DNA of 63,531 nucleotides, counting the filler, from Reticulomyxa filosa (taxonomy: Eukaryota; Protista; Foraminifera): the NCBI GenBank assembly GCA_000512085.1. It is 23 parts of 23 records of this genome, joined end to end, with 100 filler letters (N's around TTAATTAATTAA, not from the genome) between each part and the next. Parts side by side here need not be neighbours in the genome. Positions count along the whole stretch, not along the records: positions 1 to 3,994 come from ASPP01026148.1; positions 4,095 to 8,060 come from ASPP01004816.1; positions 8,161 to 13,321 come from ASPP01034168.1; 20 more parts are not named here. One strand, given 5' to 3'. Every line of letters starts with the position of its first letter. Within the stretch, counting starts at the first letter, position 1. Under the pieces are notes generated by a model that made no database searches, had not been told where the DNA came from, and worked only from the letters and a program-made list of their open reading frames with translations. The position numbers were made by a program, and so were the translations under genes. Below, piece after piece: positions 1 through 13,100 of this stretch.

Positions 1-40
<40 letters not shown>

Positions 41-198
41 CAACTTTTTTCACAACTTCCTTTTTTTTAACAAATTAAAAACAAAAAAATATATGTATAT
101 ACACATACATTATGTACATATAAAAATGTTATAAATGTCTAAAATGTAATACTACATACGTATATGCATATGTATGTATATATTCATGCGTGTGAAGG

Positions 199-548
199 AC
201 GACAATAACGTGCAATGGCAATTGAAAAATAAGAAGCGACGCAATTCGACCAACTTGCATACGAAATTTGTGACGAGACCATCACCGCAGACGCTACTAG
301 ACAAGAAAATATTGACCAGCGAGGACTACTCCAGCATCATCACATCAAGCTCACCTTCACAAGCGCCATCGACTCATCGGAGTGGCCGTCCAGAAATGCA
401 GCCCACAGCACCTCCACGTTCTGCAAATAACAACGTCCATGACGTTACCATCACGCGCAATGCTCGACACCAAACGGGAACAAGACCAGAGCAACACATT
501 AAAAAAAATGACAAAGTTATTTATTATCTTTATATACATATACATGTA

Positions 549-579
<31 letters not shown>

Positions 580-1482
580 ATGTATATGTATGCATGTGTG
601 TCGTTATTAGTAATGCCAAAAAAAAAAAAATAAAAAAAAATAAAAAAAAAATGCGATTTAAACTTTGATCGTGTCTTTGAAAAATGAACGCAGACATCAG
701 ATGGCTTACACAACTCGACGGGTGGACATCATGGAGACCAACAGAGCGAGTCGGACTTGTGGGAGAAGAAGATGTCATTGCCTCCTTTGCCGCCTTCGGA
801 AAGGAACTCGTTGCGCGATTATCCGAAGCAAGAGCTGCAAGATCAGCTGTCGGGCGATGTACATACGAACATTGAGGAGTTGAAGGAACGCGGAATGATG
901 TCGATCGCGACAATCGGAGGCAACCTGTCTGTCGCTCGTCCTCAACCTATCGAGGAAACCCCTTCGGAGGACGTGTATGTCATGACTCCGCTCAGTCAGA
1001 TCGGAGACTCCATGTCCACACGCGCGACCACACATCCCGTGTTCCGGTCGTACGAAACAAGCATGGAGGAGGTGGAGCCCCCCTCGTCCCTCCAGAATCG
1101 GAACGTCCATCGGAGAAACAGCTTCGATGGAGGAGTGGTACCGACAGCATCTGCAGAAGAAGAAGAACAAGAAGAACAAGAAGAGAACAGCCGTGATGAT
1201 GGAAATAATCACACAGACAACAACAACAATAATGGTGCCCAAGGCTCTTCTCGACGATTCATTAAGAAAAATGGAGTCGCTGTTACCGGTGAGCCACAAG
1301 AGCATAGTAATGATAACAACGACAACAAGAAAGGTAATAGTGAGGATCATAACCATAACCATGCTCAGAATCATATCCAGAGTCATGCCCACAGTCACAG
1401 TCCAAACCACCACGCTCCTGAAAGCAAGAGAAATGTCAATACTGACAACGGCGTCAAAGCAAATAATAGTGTCAATACAAAC

Positions 1483-1547
<65 letters not shown>

Positions 1548-3182
1548 CAATAATAATAACAACAATAATAATAACAACAACAATAATAATAATAATAATA
1601 ATAATAACGATAACAGTAACAATAAAAACAATAACAACTATGACGTGATGAATGGACAAAAAACGCTGCACAACGAAGAATCGAATGTGAACTATAGTGC
1701 AACGCGGCCGAACCAGGTACGGTCTCAACGGAGGTTGACTTTGGAATTGAAGGAAATGATGCAAGCCCAACTGAACGAAGGGTCCTTTCAGCAAAACACT
1801 TTGCCGGCACAAATCTACCAAATGGAAGACGTTTTGAAACAGTACTATGACCAAAAGCAAATTTTGCAAGAAAAAGATATCCACAAGTTGTTGCAGCACT
1901 TGCAAGATATGAGATTGGCTCATGAAAATGCTTTGGAAGATTTGAAACTGAAATCATGGAATGTCTTAGTTTATCAAAAAAATAGGTACTCTTTTTATTT
2001 TTGTAGTGTGGAGTCAATTACAAATGATACATATGGACAAACATATATTGTATACGTATATGTTTGGTCAAAATCATTAGATTTAAGGCATTGCAAAGCA
2101 AATACGAAGAAATGGAAAGTAATTACAAACAACAAGTCCAATCATGGCTCCAAACTTGCCAATCATTAGAGCTGCAGCTTACGAAGCAAAACAGACCAAA
2201 CGTGCGAGGCTCCAAGCATGGCAATGCAAACACAGATGGAGATAACGACAGCGCCAACGACAATGAAGGCCAAGCGACCAAAGACCCGATATCTGTGCTC
2301 AGCATGCTGAGCGAGCAGCTGTCGAGTTTGACGGATCCCAAAACACCACAGGTCGAAAGCATTATTCAGAAAATCAAAGAGCAAATGGATCGAATGCTTT
2401 CCAAAGGCCATCATGAACACGCCAGAAAAGGCCAAGCGACTTGGAGTGACTCGGTCGAGTCCAATCAAAATATCGAAAAATTGCAAACCGAAGTCAAAAT
2501 GCTAAAAGCGGAAAAACAAGAGTTACTGCTTACACACGAAAAAGAGATTCGAGAAATCAAAATGTTGCAGAAAAAAAACATGCCTTGACCAGCAACAAAA
2601 ATACCTCGGATGTGAGATTGATTGAGGAAATGAATGAATTGAGGGATGAATATGAAAATAAGCTTCACGATCAAAGAAGGCAAACGATTGAATTGCGAAA
2701 AATTGTTGACGACAATATACACAGCAAAGTTGAAATGGAAGGTTTGTTGTTTTTAACTATTTTTGCAAATGTATTTATATGTATACATATACATATATAC
2801 ATATATAAGTGTATATATATGCTCGTTGCACTTGATCATCACGTGTGTGGATGAAATAGAGTTGAAAAAACAGTTTCAACAAAAAGACACCATGATTGTT
2901 CGATTACAACGAGAACTGCACACTGAACAACAAAAAGTCAAAGAGTTGAACTTTCAAATAAAGAACACTGAAAAAACTCCTATTACTACTCCTGATAACC
3001 CAATTGATATTGTCGAACGCAAAACAAACAACGAAGAACCACTTTCGTACAATCCAGAGTGTGACATCTCACCTGAAATTGAATGGAGGATCAAATATGT
3101 CAAACTTTTGCAGTCCAAGCAGGCATTGGAAAAGAAAGTGTTAGATTTGTCACAACAAATTATTGACTTGTGTGGTGACTAG
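199..3182 (+). CDS. RPEL-motif (G-actin binding) protein with poly-Asn tract and C-terminal coiled coil; 5'-truncated, spliced
   Basis: LHTKFVTRPSPQTLLDKKIL fits the RPEL consensus LxxKLxxRPxxxELxxRNIL. Exons at about 199-514, 700-1960, 2082-2741 (1-nt shift in the A run near 2575) and 2860-3182, separated by GT-AG introns with TA microsatellites. Confidence 0.65.
1481..1637 (+). repeat. (AAT/AAC)n microsatellite encoding poly-Asn
   Basis: Seen directly; in frame with ORF 757..2169. Confidence 0.97.
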
Positions 3183-3764
3183 TATTTTCTGTGGAATTTT
3201 TGTTTTGTCAGTCTTGTTATTCTTTTGTTTTTATTTGTCTCTTTTCCAGTTTTTGTAATGTAAATTTTCTTTTTTTTGAAATCACAATTTTTTTTTATGA
3301 ATCTTTCTTCGTTTGGTTGCTTTTTTTTTTTCCTCTTCCTGAAAATGTTTGCGTTGTTTTTTTTCCCAAAAGATTCGTCGTTTCTAATTTTCCTTTGCTG
3401 TATCAATTTCAGTTTTTTTGTTTGTCTTGATCTCTTTGACTTTTTCCCTCATGCTTGTAACAATTGAGAGTGAACTATCATCTCTAAAGTGTATCTGTTT
3501 GATTGTCCGATTGTGTACATTCTTCAAGTTTTTGCTTCGCAAAGCAGAGAGAACAAAATGCTAAAATTTTTTGGTTTTCAATCGTGATACGAACCGAGGT
3601 GTTAGCAATATTTCACAAGTTAATTTTTGCTTTGTCTGATTACAAAGAGAGAAAATATTTTAAGGAACGTACGTTGACAATTTGTGCCAAACACACAAAG
3701 TTTCTAGCTTTTTGCCCAAGCACCAAAAAAAAAAAAGAAAGGTAATTTCTATCTGTTTACTTTG

Positions 3765-3992
3765 TCAAAGTGCCTCATCATCACTCAAATGTGACTCCAA
3801 GTCATTTTTAAGATCACCCTTTGGCAGTCCAGCCATGTCCATAGCTTTATAGCGGTTGCGAGACTTTTTTTTGGTGGATTGTTTCACTGAATGTTCAGAG
3901 CGGTCATTTTCATCTTCAGTATTGGTTTGACTGTCACTGGTAGGAGAAATGGGAGTGTCTTTGATTGAGCTTTGACTGGACGAAATACTTTG
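3765..3992 (-). CDS. C-terminal fragment of an unknown low-complexity protein
   Basis: Open minus frame from the contig edge: QSISSSQSSIKDTPISPTSD...RYKAMDMAGLPKGDLKNDLESHLSDDEAL*. Confidence 0.55.
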   Translation of the reverse strand, partial: QSISSSQSSIKDTPISPTSDSQTNTEDENDRSEHSVKQSTKKKSRNRYKAMDMAGLPKGDLKNDLESHLSDDEAL

Positions 3993-3994
3993 AT

Positions 3995-4094
3995 NNNNNN
4001 NNNNNNNNNNNNNNNNNNNNNNNNNNNNNNNNNNNNNNTTAATTAATTAANNNNNNNNNNNNNNNNNNNNNNNNNNNNNNNNNNNNNNNNNNNN
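3995..4094. other. Artificial contig-joining spacer (first of 22)
   Basis: N44-TTAATTAATTAA-N44 (stops in all six frames). Further copies start at about 8061, 13322, 17010, 18300, 19937, 21509, 27049, 28494, 32080, 33857, 36602, 44318, 45441, 46819, 48052, 49255, 50412, 52909, 57975, 60847 and 61955. Adjacency across spacers has no biological meaning. Confidence 0.98.
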
Positions 4095-4812
4095 TTATTA
4101 TTATCACTCAAATACCTTGACTAATTTGTTTGCTTGCTGTGACAAAAAGGCTCTTGCAAAGAAAATCGTGTTTGAAAAAATATTTATTTTATAAATTTTT
4201 TTTTACAAATGTATTGGCAATCACTTCACATGTTTGGTATATTGAAATCAGATCTTGTCGATGCTTAGTATACAACCCCCCTTCTTAAAGTACATCTTAT
4301 TATTTTCCCTCTATCTTTTATAAAAATATCAAGGACAGTGTTTGCAAAGTTCTAAATAATTAAGTTATTTACTCAATTAAAACAGTTTTTGCGATTTCTT
4401 ACATTTTTATGTACTCCATTTTAAATTTGATTTTAGTTATTAAATAGTCTGACTCTGAATTACTATTAAGAATACATGAAGCAGTCTAGTTCACTGCAAC
4501 AATGAACTGTATGTATCTTTGGGCCAAAAATCTAAACTTGTTCCTCCACATCTTTTGTAAATGTGATTTATAATTTCGAAAAAGTGAGTGCTTTTGACTC
4601 AACAATGTGGTCTTGCTCATCATCAAAGTTTTAATTTTAACATTGTTTACTATTTAAAAAAGAGCTAGTTTCATTGTTTTGTAGATACGACCACTGTTCT
4701 AAATTAAGCAGCCTGTCTCTTGTCGTCAACGTAAAAAAATACTAGCTCTTTCAAACTCAAATAATTTAAATTTTTAAGCTGCTTAACACTAAACGGTTAT
4801 CAATTGCAAAAC

Positions 4813-7159
4813 ATGAGCTCATGCAAGGCAACCTGCTCAGTTACAGACAGCACACAGCAATTATACGCCGAAAATGAATTAGAGTGCCAAGAAGAAAGAC
4901 TGCTCTCTTGTTCAAAATCAAATCATGATGAAGAAAGCACTCCTTCAGTGTTTCAAAGTGAAGAGAGTGAAAGCACAGAAAAATTGGTATGAGTACCGAG
5001 AAAAAACAATATATACTTTTTTTTGTTGAGAAAATAGATCTACACGAATATGTTCAAATAACAAACATAAATAGGTGCAACTTCAAGTTGATTATTACTT
5101 CAGCGATGAAAATTTGAAAACGGATAATTACCTGTTATCTTGCATGCACGAAGATCCAGAGTATTGGGTACCCGTGAAAACAGTGTTGCATTTGAGCGGA
5201 GTCAGAGCTTTGACCAGAAACGAAAAAATAGTGATGGAGGCAATCCGAAAATCGAAGCTGCTAATTTTGAATGCGAACGAAACGAAAATCAAAAGGCCCA
5301 ACTTTGTGCCTCCGAAGCCTAGACAGAATAAAAACCTGCGTCGTACGGTGTTTTTATATGGACTCCCTCCGAGCGTGACCAAGGAAGAGATCATGCAGCT
5401 ATGCCAAAAATACGGAGTGATTAGAAACGTATATTTGGATGTGTGTTGCACACATGTCCAAACAACACCAAGCAATTCTGAAGTGAAAACTTTGTCCGAC
5501 GGAGCTGACTTTAGCCCAAAAACAACTGTTGACAAAGACAATGAACTTTCGGGAATCGTTTGTCCAGGTTTGTAGTATACGTGTTTTTACTATTAGTTCT
5601 TTGATTTTACAAAGGCCATAGAAAATCAAATCATCGTAATAATAACAACAACACCAAAATAGAATTAGTATGTGAAGAAAATACTGAAGAAGAAATACAA
5701 GCCCCGGATCGTGAAACAGCAGAAATTTTCATAACCAACAAATTTTGTCCGCGCTTAAGCCAATGGATTCCGTTTGTAGTTGGGGATCAGAGTGGCAGTC
5801 GTTTGGTGCTGCCAAAATTGGAATCTCCAAGCGACAGTAAAGATGAAAGTGGGCCTGTTTTGAGTGTAGATACGAAGCACGCAAACAACCAACTCTCCAA
5901 CCCAATCCCCTTTTGTTCACGTTCAACCCCACGTTCCAATAAAAGCTTAGAAGTGAATGATTTTCGACATTTAAGAAGTGCGTTTGTGGTATTCGAGTCG
6001 CAGGTACGTACTGCTTTTTTTTTTTTTATATATACCGTACATATATGTTTATATGATCTGTACATTGAACAAAAAAAATTCGAAAACGTCTATTCCTAGA
6101 GTCAAGCAAATAAATGTGTCCGTGGACAAATGCATTCAAACGATGGAATTTTTGCAATGCATCAATACGATTTCAACAAACAGCGCAAGAAAGTAACTGC
6201 GTTTAAGGCTCAAGGGTTGTCCCCACTGTTTGATAAAAACTCTCAGCTGCGCTCTCGCTTTCAAAAGTTTACTTTTGAACCTGATTCCACAATTAAATTT
6301 TCCATTACTCCCCACAACAAAACGGTTGCGGAGACGAATGCATTTTCTGTGAGCAGTGAGTGTTTTTCACGTTCAAATGTTACTCCACTGACAAGTGACG
6401 ATAGCATAGACAAAAACAATACCGAAGAAACTCTCAATGTGTTTCCGCAAAGTACTGTCAATCCAAACACTGTTGTCTGTCTTGACAACAATGCCAAAGC
6501 TACTCATTCTTTTCAATCACATTCTGAGCAAGCTTACAACCAGAAAAAAAGCAGCTGTCCAAGAAAATATTTCCGGTCTCGCACTGCTCCCGTATATTGG
6601 ACAAAACATCCAAAAAAAATTTTTAACCCAACCCGAAGTGAGTCAAAACATTGGAGAAATTTCAATAACAAACCAAATCAGTATGAGACCTTAAACAGCA
6701 CTCGTTAAGTCTTTTTTTGTTTCGTTTTATTTTTGCTTTAGAATTTTTTTTTAAAAACGCTTTATGAAAAACACGATAGAACCACAAAATACGTATACCA
6801 GTGTTGCGGCACGTACAAACTTTGATTCAAATGTAAGTTACAGACTGACTATTTTTATTTTTTTCAACAACATTTTATTTCACGATTATATATAATAATA
6901 GCAAAATGACTGCAGCTCTCAGCTCATGATGTGTAGAAATTTCGTTGTGATGAACAGTACATCTTTGCCACCAATGGTTCAGGATCAGATGCAAGCAATT
7001 CAATATCCTCAAGTGTTTGTACCTTTGGGAACAGGATTTGTGCCCAATGTCGGTATTGTTACTTTGCCTGCCAATGCTTGCTGGAACATCTCATTGCCCA
7101 CTCCAATTATGCCAATGGTCGCATATCCTGAACAGCTCCAGTTTTACTCGTGGACATAA
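4813..7159 (+). CDS. La-related protein (La motif + RRM, LARP6-like)
   Basis: La motif QVDYYFSDENLKTDNYL...WVPVKTVL; RRM RRTVFLYGLP...SAFVVFES. Six exons splice in frame: 4813-4986, 5075-5567, 5663-6003, 6100-6703, 6780-6832, 6902-7159. Confidence 0.9.
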
Positions 7160-8197
7160 GTACATAAAAAATGGTCAACAATCGAAGAACCAGAAAGTGC
7201 GCATGCTCTTCAATGTAAATTGCATGAAGGATAAAAACTCATCAATTTTGGATGAAAACATTGTGCACGACTGACAAATGTTCGTTGTTTTTTTGCGTTT
7301 TCATCTCAAACTTTAATAAATTTTCGTTTACAGCTGTTCAATATAATGAATTTTTTAACTTTTGAAACTGTTCTGATCGTATAAAGTATATTTTGTTTCT
7401 TCACTTGCCTTGGCTTAACAGTTAACCGTGTAAAGCAAATAATGTTTAATGGTTAACTTAAAGTGTTTAGTAAAATAAAAGGCAAATTGAAAATCTCAGT
7501 TCTCACCATAGTCCTCCTTAATTGACACAAGTCTCAAAAAAAATTGTTCATGATTCGTGCAGTTGTTCGGTATAAACACTATTACTTTACTTTTTAAACG
7601 TTTTTCGAAGTTCAACAACAAGTTCCGCTGCTTAGAATTTTTTATTGCTTGGATATTGCATCATTGGCAAAGAAAATAATGACCCAAGAAAGTTTCAAGG
7701 AAAAATATCCTCTCGGTTTGTACTTTATTTCTCTGATTCCGTACTTTTTCTTGTGTTCATGACAAGTTTACAAGGATCAAGGCGCAAAAAAAAACAGAGA
7801 AAAGAAAAAAAGAAGCCGAAAAGATCAGAACAAAATATCCCGACAGAATACCAGTGAAGTGTTCCAAATTGTTTTTAGGATTGAGAAAAAACAAACAATT
7901 GTTAAACTATCACAAAATGGAATTGTAAAATGGCATAGGTGATTTGTGAAAAAGCAGCGAAGAGTGATATTGCTGACATTGACAAAAAAAAGTTTGTTTC
8001 TCTTTCGCAATCTCAAAACAAACAAACAAACAAAACTCAAATAATGGGAAACGGGGAAAANNNNNNNNNNNNNNNNNNNNNNNNNNNNNNNNNNNNNNNN
8101 NNNNTTAATTAATTAANNNNNNNNNNNNNNNNNNNNNNNNNNNNNNNNNNNNNNNNNNNNTGAAATTTATAACTTTTAAAAGTAATGTAATTTTTAA

Positions 8198-8668
8198 TTT
8201 ATACTTCTTTCTAATTGTTGTACTTTTTCTGCATGTATTTCTTCTTCTAGTTGAATGATAGCATTTAATTCTTGGTTTTCATTTTCCAATTTTTCAACTT
8301 TTTTCATTCATTATGGCCTTTTTGTTTGTTTTTTTTTGCTTTGGAATATTTATACTTGAGAATAAATTGAGTCTACATTCAATTCTGCTTAAATCCTCAA
8401 AACAACACATAATTTTTTTTTCAAAAAAACCAAAACTAAATGTATTAACATCAAAATTGGATCCAATGAAAAATTAATGTAAAATTTGAATAAATTTAAT
8501 ATTATTTATTTTCAATTTTCATTTTTTTAAAAAACTTTATTTATCCTTAATTTTGCTTTTCATAATCATAATTATTATTTCAAAAATATATAGAAAATTG
8601 TTTTAAGGATTCGAAAAATTAGTTTTACCTGGATCTTTAGTTGTTTTTTTTTTTGCATTAATATTGAA
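8198..8668. repeat. Internally deleted tandem duplicate of about 9482-10938
   Basis: Blocks 8198-8355, 8355-8395, 8398-8477 and 8469-8668 match 9482-9640, 9826-9866, 9998-10079 and 10742-10938 in the same order. Confidence 0.9.
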
Positions 8669-8669
8669 G

Positions 8670-10140
8670 ACGGAGACCTTAAAATTTATACAAATTTTGC
8701 TTTACAGAAAGAAATCCAAGAATTTTTGAATCCTACAAAGTAAGCTTCAGTTTGTTTATTGAGAATTGAACATTGTAAATTTTTTTTAGCTTTCTGCATG
8801 TGATTTTCCCTTTCAATCTTTTCCAAATATTTTTGCATTGCCTCAAAATTACTTTGATTGTCAGAGTTTTTTTTTTGCCTTTTATGTGGAATATCTTAAG
8901 TATATTCTATATTTTTTTTTTCGTTTTTTTGGTAAATTAATGATAGCATTGTTTGAACTTAAATTAGGCGTAATATCAACTCCATCTTTGTTTAATTGGT
9001 CAAATGTTTGCGTTAGTGTTGTTTATATTTAATTTTTTTTTTCATCAATCAAATATTTAATTTCTTCCAAGAACTTCTTGTTCCAATGTTTTATATTTTG
9101 ATAGATGTCCCATAAATTTGGAAATTTTTTTTGATTTCCGTCCATTTTTTAAAAGACAATGCTTTTTTTTTTATTATTGAAGTATATCGAATGAAGATCC
9201 AAAATAAACTCATCATCAAAATTTTTATAAGCAGGCTCGATCAACGCTTTTGCTTCCAACAGTTTGTCATTATTGTTATCCATTAGCGTCCTCTTCTATT
9301 TTATTTAATTTTTCCACTCCTTTAAAATGTTAATATTTAATCGCAATTGTGCTATTTCGATTGGTTCAGCTCTTTTTACAATAGTATTATTTGTGTTTCG
9401 TTTATTGCTTTGTCATTTCCATTTGCATTCCTACTTCATTAACATTACTTGGAATTTTTCGTCAAAAATTTTCATTTGATTCTTTATACTGCTTTCTAAT
9501 TGTTGTACTTTTTCTGCATGTATTTCTCTTTCTAGTTGAATGATATCATTCAATTCTTGGTTTTCATTTTCCAATTTTTTCAACTTTTATTCATCTATTT
9601 ACGATTTTTTTTTTGTTTTTTTGGCTTTGGAGTATTTATGCTTTCAATATTATTACTTTCATCGCATATGTCGTATATTTTACTAATATGTCTGTTTAAA
9701 TTCTTTCGGCTAACCAAACTAAGACAACAATCGTTACATTTGAATAGCTGATTATTTTTTTTTAACAAAATTGTTAACTAATATAATTTTGACTTTTTTT
9801 TTCCATTTAATTCTTTTTTGTTGCACTTGAGAATGAATTGAGTCTACATTCAATTCTGCTTAAATCATGTATTGACTTTCATTTTGTTTTAATCTAACAT
9901 TCGATTATTTTTGAATGTTTTCTTGACTTTTATTTTCTCTTTAGTCAAATCGTGTGGTGCAATAGACAATGCAAATTCAAAATTGTTATGTAACTATTCA
10001 AAACAACTGATAATTTTTTTTTTCAAAAAATCAAAACCAAATTTATTAACATGCAAAATTGGATCCAAGGAAAAATTAACATAAAAATCAAACTGAATTG
10101 GATCAGTTAAGTCTATCCGATTTAACAACAGCTATATTTC
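8670..10140 (-). pseudogene. Decayed Lys/Glu-rich coiled-coil gene of a tandem family
   Basis: Minus-strand fragments such as MDNNNDKLLEAKALIEPAYK and DQLNKDGVDITPNLSSNNAII are broken by stops and frameshifts. Confidence 0.5.
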
Positions 10141-13100
10141 TTGAATTAAATTAGCAATATCTTTTTTTCGTTCGACCTTATTAATATTGATATATGCTGC
10201 TACTTGATTAAATTTGTTGTGCTATTTATTTATTTGCACTTCTTTATGTTTTAATTGGCCAACAATATTATCTAAATCTTTACATTTTTCTTTCATCAAT
10301 AGGTCAATTATATATCATTTTTGAGATTGACTGAAAAAACCTCAACTTTTTTTACTTATTACAATTCTTATTGTTGTAGGATTGTCGTAGAAAGACCGAA
10401 ATGATTCTAAAATAATCTACGCTTTTCAAAGTAAAAGAATATGTCGTTTCGTTCTTTTATGAAAAACACATAATGGAAACACTATATTAACATTTAACAA
10501 TAATTTTACATTCTAGTAAAATTGTAATATTAAAGTTTGATTTGATAAATCTTGTAAAAAAGTTTTAGAAAAAAAGATTCTTGTCAATAACACATCATGC
10601 ATAATAAAAAAAAATGTTTATGATTTAAATTAGCAACTATTTATAAGTGTAATGAAATATCATCATATACATTACCTTAAAATGATATTGATACCAAGCC
10701 TCTAGAACAAAACAAAAGTACGACTAGTTCATCACTTTATAAAAAATTAATGTAAAATTTGAATAAATTTTTAATATTATTTTATTTATTTATTTTAAAA
10801 AACTTTATGTATCCTTAATTTCGCTTTTCTTAATCATAATTATTATTTCACAAATCATATAGAAAACTGTTTTAAGGATTCGAAAAATTAGTTTTACATT
10901 GATTCTTAGTTTATTTCTTTTTTTTTGCATTAATATTAAGTTATTTGCCAGTTGTTTAGTTATGAATGATTATTCCTAGTGTCAGTTGTAATTGTCATAT
11001 AATAATCTTATTTGTCATATTTGCCACATAGATAATTTACATATTCAACTAACAATTTATTTGTAATTGACTATATGTATAGTTGTTATATTCTAGTTGA
11101 ATTGAAGTTATTTTGTTGATATAATCAGATTTATTGTACATGCGGAAGTAGTCACTGTGTAAATTTTCGTCAAGCATTTAATTTGTATTCACATATTTGC
11201 TTTAATAAAGCTACTATGATTGCAATAATGAAGTATTTTTAGATTAAATATTCTAAAATAATAAAAACTTAAAGTAGTTTATAAATTTTGAAATGGTTTT
11301 TCGATTATAAATAATTTAAATTCAAATTTTAATCAATTCAAAAGTGATTTCTCAACATCTCACAACATCACCCCTTTTCCTCTATCAGTATCTAGTTTCA
11401 CAATAAATAATGTTTTTATTGTATCATCTTCACATAAAAGTTATAACAATTGTTTCATTTTTGATTATTCAAGAACAAATTTTATACATGTACTTAAAGT
11501 TATTTTTCTGGTAATAGATTTCATTGTAAAAAAAGAAAACTCAGGATTCAGAAAACATTATTTGTCGAATCCTTAATTTCAATTTTTCTTTTCTTATTAT
11601 TTAAAAATAATTAATACTCAATTAAAATTTTTTTTTGAAAAATTTAGATATGAATATCATTTTGTTGAACTTGTACTATCGACATTTAAGTGAACAACGA
11701 GTATATTTTTCATACCTAACGCTAAATTTTCTTAAGACTTTGAGTAGCATATATATTTGTTTATACTTTAACTTTTGTTTCATCATTGATTGTGTACCAT
11801 CTGGAACATTTGACTATTTTTTATAATTAAATAAGTAGTTTGATGTATATTATTATTTTTTTTGTTAGATTGAATAATGGTATGCTTTTATTTTATCTTA
11901 AAAATCATCAATCAAATGATAAAGTCAAATGGAAAATTGTTTTTTTAATTTCAAAAAGTTATATACATATTTATATGATAAGTAAAACACTTTGAAATTT
12001 CCATCCAAAATACAGTGTTTCAAACAATACAAAGACAATTTGTATATTTAAACAAATTTAAATTACCAATACATTCAATGCGTATTTTGAACGATATCTA
12101 AATCTAAACACATATCACAACATTATTTGCAAAGACTAAATATCAATTAAAAAAAGCAATATATTACTAGATCAACTGCCGCTAGAGCGGGTAATGAAGG
12201 CGGCACTCGAGCGCACATTTGCGGAGTTTATGCTAAGGCATCCTTTCTTAATTGGCGTCTGGCAATGAAGCCATTGGCAATTCTTGAGCGGGCAGGCGAT
12301 TATCGTTTCGGTGCAGCGTTTAACTTGGTCATCATATATCATTGAACGAGATGGCGACATGGCCTTGAAGGCTTTTGACAATTTTCCAATGGCGGCGAAT
12401 TGGACAAATCTTTTATTTTTTGTAAAAGTTAAATATATTATATTCGAGCATTCTCCATTTGTCTTTGTCGTAGAAAATAACCAAGTATATATTTGGAAAG
12501 CCCAAAGAAATACGCATCTTCATGTAATATGAAATTGTCTATAAGTTAAATTTGATTGTTATTTTTTGCTGTTTTCTACTAAAAAATTCCTTAAACAGCA
12601 ATCTTTTGCTTCAAAAGTACTTTAAAACCTTTTTGTTATCAAGCAAATTTTTGCTACTGTTTCGTATGTAAAAAAACCTATAACTGCTTTGGACTAACTT
12701 TGCTTTCTGATCGCTTTTTAAGTTTTTTTTTTGTAATAAATTATTTTTTGTTAAATTACCTTTGCTTTGTGTACTTTTTGATTTTACTTTGCAATTGATT
12801 TTATTATGTGTGCTTTTTTTTTTCAGTCTTTTCTAAATGAAAGTATGTTTCATATGATGATTCCATTTGAACTGCGCTTGTAATGAATGAATATACGGCT
12901 TTATATTCATTGCAAAAACAAAAATTTAGGCAATTTTGGTTTTAGTTGATCAATTGTACATTTGCATTCCACTTGCGACTGCTATATCATCCATTGAAAT
13001 ATATTATCACTTTCTATTTGTACGCGATCGAAAAAGCACTATATAGTAGTTATCGATCATTGTTTTTTCTTTTTCTTTTTGACATTCATCATACACCCGT

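Noticed and set aside
775-1923. Long antisense and alternate-frame ORFs (poly-Ile, poly-Leu, poly-Tyr, MQMQ, HLHL)
   Set aside because: Shadows of microsatellites and of real coding exons.
3995-4094. Regularly recurring TTAATTAATTAA flanked by Ns, superficially a repeat array
   Set aside because: Identical synthetic linker between contigs; not biological and not a CRISPR array.
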